Below, piece after piece: positions 9,302 through 15,887 of a DNA stretch of 16,263 nt. A model generated the notes under the pieces. The model saw only the letters and a program-made list of their open reading frames with translations. It did no database searches and was not told the origin of the DNA. This DNA comes from Thermoplasmata archaeon (GTDB lineage Archaea; Thermoplasmatota; Thermoplasmata; RBG-16-68-12; JAFNFQ01), in contig JBGPQV010000034.1 of NCBI GenBank assembly GCA_041489255.1, positions 1 to 16,263 on the forward strand, read 5' to 3'. How positions within the stretch are numbered: the stretch's first letter is position 1; each line of letters opens with the position of its first letter. The position numbers were made by a program, and so were the translations under genes.

Positions 9302-9404
9302 CGCGACTGATCCCGCGCAAGAACAATAATAAGCTTGGCAATCCTATACATCCATAGTCACTGTTCTAAAGGGTCAGATGAGGATGATGGGGAGAAGGCG
9401 AACG

Positions 9405-9611
9405 ATGAGCGAGAAGGTCAACGCGGACGCGCTGGACTGGCTGTCGGGCCAGACCCTGACCGGCTACAGGGGGCTCTGGATAGTCGTGCATGACCGGGCG
9501 ATACTGGCCCATGCCCCGACGCTCGAGGAGGCGCTGAGGAAGGCGAGGCTCGCGCCCGGCATCGTTCCCTTTGTATGCAAGGTCCCGCGGGGCGGGAACC
9601 TGACTCTCTGA
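9405..9611 (+). CDS. Small DUF5678-like protein
   Basis: MSEKVNADALDWLSGQTLTGYRGLWIVVHDRAILAHAPTLEEALRKAR fits the Y.G.W(I/V).V....I.A.....E pattern. ATG 9405 follows GGAGAAGG; the ORF track starts at 9378. Confidence 0.7.
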   Translation: MSEKVNADALDWLSGQTLTGYRGLWIVVHDRAILAHAPTLEEALRKARLAPGIVPFVCKVPRGGNLTL

Positions 9612-9625
9612 GAGGCAGCGACAGA

Positions 9626-9750
9626 TTGACTCATTACTCCTACAGATTCTAGCAACTGCGATTGGGCGGGAGGAGCATACTTCGGCCAAGGGGGAGTTCG
9701 TGCTGACTCCGTTTGAGCCCGGACGGGACGCGGGCAGGCTCTGGATATGA
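9626..9750 (+). pseudogene. Possible collapsed remnant of a retropepsin-like partner gene
   Basis: Directly after the DUF5678-like gene. A TTG-led segment THYSYRF*QLRLGGRSILRP is followed, in another frame, by KGEFVLTPFEP. These resemble the N- and C-terminal ends of such proteases, but the catalytic DTG region is absent. Confidence 0.3.
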
Positions 9751-9950
9751 CCTCCAAGTTCGGGGCCTGAATGGCCTCAACGGCTGATCGGTGGAACGCA
9801 AGGCGTAGATACGTTCATGTCATAACATCCCAATGTTGGGGATATTATGACTGTGATGAATTCATCTGCCGTACAGAAGAGAATGCTTCCGGACGGCTGA
9901 AGGGCGGGTGGATGGTCGCCGGCGTCATGTCGGCTTCCGACCAGCCCCCC

Positions 9951-9970
9951 GAAGGTAAAGTTTTATTAAT
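9951..9970 (+). promoter_or_regulatory. BRE/TATA promoter of the Fic gene (leaderless)
   Basis: GAAGGTAAAG-TTTTATTAA, with the AT-rich box 22-30 bp before ATG 9991. Confidence 0.6.
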
Positions 9971-9990
9971 AACATATTCATAATCAATCG

Positions 9991-11073
9991 ATGCTCTCCA
10001 AGCCCGACACAAGCGGAGGATTCCGGCCCTCGGTGACTCCCGCTTCGGAGGTGTACCGCCATGGCGTTGAGGCCCTGCGGCTCGACGGGAGGCTCGATTC
10101 TGCGGTCCTCAGTCCGTCCATCCACCAGTTGATCCTGGCGATGGCGCGCCTCAGGAACGTCGTCAGCACTCTCAGGATCGAAGGCCATGCCGTCGATCTG
10201 GCCGCAGCACGAATTGTGCTGGACACGGGCAAGACCAATACTCAGGAGGAACGGGAGATCCTGCTGATTAGCAGGGCCTACGAGGAGCTGCATTCCCTTC
10301 GTGAGCCTCCGGAGCTTTCGATCGATTACATACGCAGACTCCATTCGCGGTTCTTCCCGGAGGGACTCGGTCTCGACGCGGGTCCGGTGGGCCGCTTCAA
10401 GGACAAGCCGAACGGAGTCTACAGCATGACCGAGGGACGGATGATATTCGAGGCGACCCCGCCGGAGCGCACTGTGGCAGAACTGGAAGCCCTCATCAAT
10501 TGGATAGACGATGAGGCCAGGAGGTTTCCTCCCGCAGCTGTGGCATCGCTGTTCTTCGCGGAGTTCCAAGCAATCCATCCATTCGGGGACGGGAACGGGC
10601 GCGTGGGCCGCTTCCTGAACCTGGTGCTGCTCCGCCGGCTGGGGTACCGGAACATCTGCCTCGTCCCGATCGACGGACGATTCTTCCGCACGCGGAATCG
10701 GTACTACGAGGCCCTCCGGACGACGAACGCCGGCAAGAACTACCACGTCTGGTGCCGCTATTACTCCGAGCAGCTCCTGCGGGCGTACGAGCTGGCGGCG
10801 GGCCGCGCAGACCTGCGTCCGCTCCTCGACAGGTTTTCGCGCGCGAGCACACGCTCTCTTCTGGAATGGTGCTTGTCGGGAGGAGGCGGGTGGTTCAGCC
10901 GTTCCGACTTCCCCAATCCCAAGGATTACAGTCAGCCGGCGGTGACCAGCTCTCTCGCCGAGCTCGTGCGCGCGGCGGTCTTGGACGCCAAAGGCGAGAA
11001 GCGTGGACGACAGTATCGCCTCTCGACGGAGTTCCTGCGCAAGGCGTACGGCGGGGAATTGCTAATCGAGTAG
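9991..11073 (+). CDS. Fic family AMP-transferase, class II type, with C-terminal wHTH-like domain
   Basis: Canonical HPFGDGNGRVGR motif; N-terminal inhibitory (S/T)xxxE(G/N) motif TLRIEG; C-terminal SQPAVTSSLAELVRAAVLDAKGEKRGRQYRL. Confidence 0.93.
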   Translation: MLSKPDTSGGFRPSVTPASEVYRHGVEALRLDGRLDSAVLSPSIHQLILAMARLRNVVSTLRIEGHAVDLAAARIVLDTGKTNTQEEREILLISRAYEELHSLREPPELSIDYIRRLHSRFFPEGLGLDAGPVGRFKDKPNGVYSMTEGRMIFEATPPERTVAELEALINWIDDEARRFPPAAVASLFFAEFQAIHPFGDGNGRVGRFLNLVLLRRLGYRNICLVPIDGRFFRTRNRYYEALRTTNAGKNYHVWCRYYSEQLLRAYELAAGRADLRPLLDRFSRASTRSLLEWCLSGGGGWFSRSDFPNPKDYSQPAVTSSLAELVRAAVLDAKGEKRGRQYRLSTEFLRKAYGGELLIE

Positions 11074-11214
11074 TGATAAGAGAGGATAATGATAATGCGA
11101 ATATGATTATCCCGCCGCGAGCCTGTCCGCGGGTGGGTCGATCGCTGTCGGGGGTCTTGCGTCATTCTCGGTGCGACATCATCCATCCCCCGCCACGCCC
11201 CGGCGGATCCACTG

Positions 11215-11388
11215 CATGCACCCGAGTCAGCGCGTCATACTCACAGGAGCCTGCGCCGCGGGGCTGAGTCCGGACGAAGGATATTTATATGGTATGCGAC
11301 GATACGAAACCCATAAGACCTCACAGGCAGCGGGGCATTTGCTCCTTGAGGCGGTAAACCGTCGCTGCCTGCTTAAGACAATTTTTTT
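11215..11388 (+). repeat. ~175-bp intergenic element, copy 2
   Basis: Direct repeat of 8399-8574. Confidence 0.95.
11312..11388 (+). ncRNA. Candidate ~75-nt hairpin small RNA, copy 2
   Basis: TTTATA at 11284-11289; stem arms at 11324-11332 and 11363-11371; T7 run at 11382-11388. Confidence 0.5.
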
Positions 11389-11410
11389 CTCCAAAGTCCA
11401 CCGGACAGCA

Positions 11411-11577
11411 TCATTCGATCCTAATTCTTTCGACGAGGTTGTCCAGCGGAATGAAGCGATTGCCGCACAGCTGGAAATCCCTGCTGGCCGAGTTCTGGAA
11501 TGCGGCGGTCTCAACCTTACGCCCAAGCCTTTTCGTTTCTCCGACGACGCCCTTGGAATTCTCGTCTCCGGTCACAG
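11411..11577 (-). pseudogene. C-terminal remnant of a NYN (LabA/DUF88, PIN-fold) domain gene
   Basis: VTGDENSKGVVGETKRLGRKVETAAFQNSASRDFQLCGNRFIPLDNLVERIRIE* follows the NYN pattern (V)SGD.DF...V...K..G..V.......S..L....D.FI.L. Confidence 0.65.
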
Positions 11578-11601
11578 GACCCGTTTCTTTTCCCATGTCA
11601 T
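11572..11601 (-). pseudogene. N-terminal stub (MTWEKKRVL) of the DUF488 partner gene
   Basis: ATG overlaps the stop of the second DUF488 remnant exactly as at 8837-8840 (CTATGACA in both). Confidence 0.55.
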
Positions 11602-11697
11602 AGATGCATCACGCGGAACCCATTCCTCTCCAGTTTTTCGGCCAGTACTTGGCGGTGGCATGCGGTGTAGTCCCTCTCGAAACATAGTATCGCGGAG
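11598..11697 (-). pseudogene. 3' remnant of a second DUF488 gene
   Basis: SAILCFERDYTACHRQVLAEKLERNGFRVMHL*, versus SAMMCFERDYTACHRQILAKRLEMDGFHIMHL* at 8837-8935. Confidence 0.9.
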
Positions 11698-11898
11698 CTT
11701 GATGACATGACAAAGAAGCAAGTACTGGTCATCCTCTTCCGGCATCATCTCAACTTCCCAAGGCCGATAGAGTTGGAATACATGACGCAAAAGGGCATTG
11801 TTCGTTCCGCTCCTCAGTCGATCACGATGATTCCACATGCGAGGTACACGGCGCTGAAGAAGGGAGGTGGGCTCGACGAACGTTTTACTGTCAGTTAG
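11692..11898 (+). pseudogene. C-terminal remnant of the larger gene that usually precedes this ASCH type (GNAT/PUA-like fusion)
   Basis: AELDDMTKKQVLVILFRHHLNFPRPIELEYMTQKGIVRSAPQSITMIPHARYTALKKGGGLDERFTVS*. It has a PUA/EVE-like F..PI.L.....GI...APQS tail and overlaps the ASCH start. Confidence 0.6.
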
Positions 11899-12343
11899 GC
11901 CACAGCACGCCGAAGCGATCGTCCAGGGAAGAAAGAAGTACGAGTTGCGAAGGACGATTTTCAGGCGGGAGGATGTAGGCCGAGTCTATGTGTACTCCAC
12001 CTCGCCGGTGAGCAAGATAGTGGGCTCTTTCGAGGTCGGGGACATCATTGAAGACTCCCCCGACGGCATCTGGAAGACTTGTCGCAGGCATGCCGCCATA
12101 TCGGAGGAGGAGTTCTTCAGGTATTTCGACGGAGCGGTGACCGCCTTCGCCATCAAGATCAAGAACATGCATAAGCTCATCAGTCCGCTTGACCCCCGCT
12201 CCCTCTTCGACGGTTTCAAGCCGCCTCAATCCTTCCGCTACATTCCGGAAGATGTCAACATCGCCGGAGGAAATGGGAAGCGAGGACGAACGGTCCAGCG
12301 AGGAGGATATTTGGGCGGGAAAAGGGCGCGCAAGCCAAAATGA
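11867..12343 (+). CDS. ASCH (PUA-like) domain protein
   Basis: VLLSVRPQHAEAIVQGRKKYELRR (GxKxxExR), VYVYSTSPVSKIVG and PPQSFRY. The start codon is ambiguous (GTG 11867 or ACG 11876). Confidence 0.88.
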   Translation: MGSTNVLLSVRPQHAEAIVQGRKKYELRRTIFRREDVGRVYVYSTSPVSKIVGSFEVGDIIEDSPDGIWKTCRRHAAISEEEFFRYFDGAVTAFAIKIKNMHKLISPLDPRSLFDGFKPPQSFRYIPEDVNIAGGNGKRGRTVQRGGYLGGKRARKPK

Positions 12344-12584
12344 TGCTGCGTGAACCTTGCTGTATATATGGAGCCTGAAGCGGCAGGCTTGGCTGTCGGC
12401 TTTTCGCCGTCAACATCTATTGATTCCGTTTCCATCCACATCTCTCCCGCACGCACCCCCGCCAGCGCGTCAAGCGCACAGGAGTGTGCGCTTTCCGGGA
12501 TTGAGTCGAAAGATAGTGACGGCTTCTGGCGGGCAGACGCGTCATCTAAGGCAGGCTCTTGACGAAATGTCCAGTGCCGCAATC

Positions 12585-13311
12585 CGGACGAATTGCTCCT
12601 CCATTCGGGGCGACCCATCCTACATCCGGATGGAACTTTCCTCGATTTTTTCAGAATCGTCCTTGACCGAGCCGGACATTGCCCGCGGAACGACTCTGAA
12701 TGGTCGGACTGAAGCGGTCCCGGTCCGGACGGACCCGCTCTCTGCTCGGATGGACTTCTCCTGATCCGATGCGGAACCCGCCTCTGTCTTCATGGAAGTC
12801 GCGCGGATCCAGGTGGATATCCAAACGACGGCTGCAGAAGCACCGACAACCGCTTTCACACTTCCACCAGTCCGAGCGGACCTCGGCTCGGCGGTTGCGG
12901 ATGTTCTCGCGATCGTTCGTCAACCCGCCTTGAACGTTGGCGGGCCGAAGAAGATCGGGACGGACGGCGTCCCTTCCGGGACTTTCATTTCCCCGATCGG
13001 AACGGACCAAATCCCGGTCGGGTGGAGGTCCGTTCCGGTCCTCGCCACCCCATCTGGGCGGGGACGGACCATGTCCCGGTCGGGACAGGTCAGGTCCCGG
13101 TCGGGTGAACGACCGCGACTACCGGGAAAGCATCCGTCTCGGGCGGGACGGACGCCATCCCAGTGTGGTCGAGGATCATCCCGCTCCGAACCACCCAATC
13201 AGACCGGGGACGGACTCGGTCCCGGTTGGGACGGGTCATGTCCCGGAAGGACGGGCTCCTGTCTCAGCCGGGACGGATGTCGTCCCCGTTGGGGGAATAT
13301 CCGTCCCGGTC
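12585..13311. repeat. Degenerate tandem array with a 21-bp period; unit core GGGAC-N7-GTCCC (palindromic)
   Basis: Unit starts at 12957, 12978, 12999, 13020, 13061, 13082, 13103, 13124, 13145, 13166, 13207, 13228, 13249, 13270 and 13291 (two 1-bp slips). In-phase weaker units occur at 12705, 12726 and 12747, and shifted ones at 12585, 12606 and 12627. Confidence 0.85.
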
Positions 13312-13440
13312 GCCCACTCCATAGAGATGATTCCGAGTCTGTCAGAATCGTGACGGGGGGATGACGTCGATTCAAGCTTCTCTTACGGTTGAATCGTGTG
13401 ACGAAGAGCTCAATATGACCGCATCTGCCGCCAGAATACG

Positions 13441-13475
13441 AAAGAAAAAAAGGAGAGATGGCCCCCGAAGGGGCC
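13441..13475 (-). terminator. Hairpin plus T-tract terminator of the helical-protein gene
   Basis: Minus strand GGCCCC-TTCG-GGGGCC-ATCTCTCC-TTTTTTTCTTT, ~30 bp after the stop at 13506. Confidence 0.75.
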
Positions 13476-13505
13476 TTGACCGATACCGGAAACGCGCCAG
13501 TCCGG

Positions 13506-13892
13506 CTATTTCATCGGGTCCGCGATCGGCTTGACCGGCTCGACGAGGTCTTCTTCGGCTTCCGGGCGCCTGATCCTGCTCCTGAGCCGCCTGAAGTTCG
13601 CCGCGTCCTTGCTGTCCTTCCCCACCGCCGCGATCGCCATGTCAAGGTAGCCGGAGGCCGTCATGTACATCTGCCGCTTCAGATTCACGTAGTTCTCCGT
13701 CGCGTCCCTCAGCTGCCTCTTCAGCGACTCCTGGTTCGCGTTCGCCGTCTCGACCTGTTCCTGCAGGCTCTTCAGGTTCTGCACGAGCACCACCGTCTTC
13801 AGTCCTGCCGAATCGAGCACGACCGCGACCTTCACGATCATGCTGCCCACATCGTTCGTAAACCCAACCGCTTGCGTGTGTGACAAGTTCAT
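13506..13892 (-). CDS. Uncharacterised 128-aa helical/coiled-coil protein
   Basis: ATG 13892 follows a purine-rich RBS (GAGGAGGGGCAGGAGAAAAAGGAAAA). Amphipathic LKSLQEQVETANANQESLKRQLRDATENYVNLKRQ. It has its own terminator and a paralogous fragment at 4616-4735. The 98-codon extension in the ORF track runs through its promoter. Confidence 0.85.
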   Translation of the reverse strand: MNLSHTQAVGFTNDVGSMIVKVAVVLDSAGLKTVVLVQNLKSLQEQVETANANQESLKRQLRDATENYVNLKRQMYMTASGYLDMAIAAVGKDSKDAANFRRLRSRIRRPEAEEDLVEPVKPIADPMK

Positions 13893-13966
13893 TTTTCCTT
13901 TTTCTCCTGCCCCTCCTCTTGAGAGGCTTGCATAGACATTGGAGGGAGAATGGATGCAGCTTCCTG

Positions 13967-14012
13967 GCACATGTGCTGCACGTGTGCCGCACACGTGCAC
14001 GATAGCTTTAAA
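13967..14012 (-). promoter_or_regulatory. TATA box followed by three tandem near-palindromic GCACRYGTGC boxes
   Basis: GCACATGTGC (13967), GCACGTGTGC (13978) and GCACACGTGC (13989) at an 11-bp period; TTTAAA at 14007-14012. Confidence 0.7.
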
Positions 14013-14085
14013 GATGGACACACGCGGAAGCGACGGTCCCCTCATGAAAGAAGAAATGGCGGACCCCTCGAACCGCCCGCCGAGT

Positions 14086-14508
14086 CTACCTCGGCAACGT
14101 GCTGGGGCGCGATCCGGTTTCCGGCGCATTCCACACGGACGCCCTGGCCCCAAACCGGAACTGTTCGACGCTGCCTGCGTTGACACTGGGCGCGGTGAAG
14201 GCCAACTCGTTGCAGACCCTGTCTATCTGCATTGCCTCCTTCTTGCCTAGCGCCGTGAGGAAATACGTCCTCCTCCTCTCCCCTGTGCCGGCGACGTGGG
14301 CCATCTTGTACTCGACGAGGCCCCGCCCGAGCAGCACCTTCAGTACCCTCGCGATATGCGGCCTGCTGACGCCGATCGCCTCGGACATGCCGTCCTGGGT
14401 CATCTCGCGCGGATGCAGCTCCAGGTCTCCGAGTTCGGGGTACTCAGTCAAATGAACAAGCAGCTTCTCTACAGCAAGGAGGGGGGATTTTTCCTCTTCC
14501 ACGAACAT
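14086..14508 (-). CDS. Stand-alone winged-helix (MarR-like) DNA-binding protein
   Basis: MTQDGMSEAIGVSRPHIARVLKVLLGRGLVEYKMAHVAGTGERRRTYFLTALGK; TTATA ~20-25 bp upstream on the minus strand. Confidence 0.85.
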   Translation of the reverse strand: MFVEEEKSPLLAVEKLLVHLTEYPELGDLELHPREMTQDGMSEAIGVSRPHIARVLKVLLGRGLVEYKMAHVAGTGERRRTYFLTALGKKEAMQIDRVCNELAFTAPSVNAGSVEQFRFGARASVWNAPETGSRPSTLPR

Positions 14509-14935
14509 AAGACATTGGCGCGAGGCCTATAAGAATCAATCGGCTGAGGCTCCGAATCGTTGCCTCGCTTTTCCTGTCGCATATCAGCGTTTCGGTTCAA
14601 TTATCATTCAGCGATTTGAGAACGACGCGGGGAGTGCGAAAACTCACGGTCTCGAGTTCGTTCAAGGCGGGTTGGATTCGCGCCGTTCATCACGAATCGA
14701 GCTCAGCAGGTTTCCATGATTCATCCGGGCAAAACGATGATGCATCCTGAGGAGCTGCCGATGACGCATGACGGATTCGAGTGGATCAGCATGATTGATT
14801 ATCGCAATCTGCATCGGAGGACAAAGATTCATGTCGGGCAGCCACCGTCGGCTCTATCCTCAGACAGGGAATCCTTAAATGACCAGAGCGGCCATGCCAA
14901 GACGCAGGAGAAGCAGGAAGACGGAGGAGACCCCC

Positions 14936-15199
14936 GTGGCGAGTGTGGCGGTTGAAGGCAGGGACCGGACCCTGGAGATCAGGCTCAAGCGCGAGAACAG
15001 CGAGTGGCTCGACAGGCATCGCGAGGAACTGAGGAGGGAGTATCCGGATCGGTATGTGGCGGTCTTCGACAGGAGGGTCGCAGCCCAAAGCGAGGAATTC
15101 CACGAAGTCCTCTCTGCGCTGAGGAAGAAGTCCGAGACTGCGCCGGCAATCGCGGCAATCGAATTCATAGACAAAGATGAGGTAGTCTGGGTGCTCTAG
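14936..15199 (+). CDS. DUF5678-like protein
   Basis: NSEWLDRHREELRREYPDRYVAVFDRRVAAQSEEF. GTG 14936 follows GGAGGAG; the ORF-track ATG 14879 overlaps a TATA-like CTTAAA. Confidence 0.75.
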   Translation: MASVAVEGRDRTLEIRLKRENSEWLDRHREELRREYPDRYVAVFDRRVAAQSEEFHEVLSALRKKSETAPAIAAIEFIDKDEVVWVL

Positions 15200-15238
15200 T
15201 AGAATCTGCTTCGAAATCGGTTGATCAACGGGGGATGC

Positions 15239-15710
15239 ATGTCCGTCAGGCTTCATTTGACGTCCGACAATCGCGTCGAGGTCGTCGGCTATCTGACATC
15301 CTTGGAACACGGGAACGCCGGCCCGATCACCTTCATGATGGACACGGGCTCTCAGAGGACGATTTTGGGTGCGGGCGATGCCGAGGCGCTGGGATTCCGG
15401 ACGGGCAGTTTTCCTCGTTACGCTGGCCCCCAGGCTGATTGGCGTCGGCGGCAAGGGGAGCGCGTTCTCTGCGGGTGTCTGCGAGATTGTCCTTGGCGAC
15501 GATGAGATCGTGGGCGATGAGGAGGTCCTGTATTTCATGCCGGGAAGGGAGAAAGATGTCCGTTCTCGCGACGGAGGCTTGCGACATGTGAAACGCGAAC
15601 GGACATTCCAGTTGCCGAGCGTCCTTGGGACCGGATTCCTGTCAAAGAAGAGATGCGTCCTGAGCATCGACTACGGCAAGATGACTGGCGAGATCCTCAG
15701 ACACCTCTGA
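15239..15710 (+). pseudogene. Retropepsin-like aspartyl protease, frameshifted
   Basis: ITFMMDTGSQRTIL lies in one frame; the flap LIGVGG and C-terminal PSVLGTGFL lie in the +1 frame. The switch falls in the C5 run at 15427-15431. Confidence 0.8.
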
Positions 15711-15887
15711 CTCGGCATTGCCCAGCCTCCTCGGACAGTTCGTTCTTCGATTCCCGCCTTCTCGGTTCGGGTGTTGAATCTCGAGGAACGGAAGGCGTGA
15801 TTTGATGGCAAGTGGCGGGGAAGAATCTATAGATGACATCGTTGATAGAGGCAACGACTCAGATGGAAATGCAGGGCACTGCTGAGC

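Noticed and set aside
11171-11710. 179-aa + strand ORF through repeat copy 2
   Set aside because: The frame is not preserved in copy 1 (2-nt indel) and it is antisense to the NYN/DUF488 remnants.
11572-11838. 88-aa minus-strand ORF as an extension of the DUF488 remnant
   Set aside because: DUF488 similarity is in another frame and stops at ~11697; beyond it the + strand carries recognisable coding sequence.
12585-13311. CRISPR array
   Set aside because: The period is only 21 bp, the variable parts are 7 bp, units are degenerate, and there are no cas genes in the window.
13893-14186. N-terminal 98 codons of the 226-aa ORF
   Set aside because: They overlap the wHTH gene end, TATA box and operator; the RBS supports ATG 13892.
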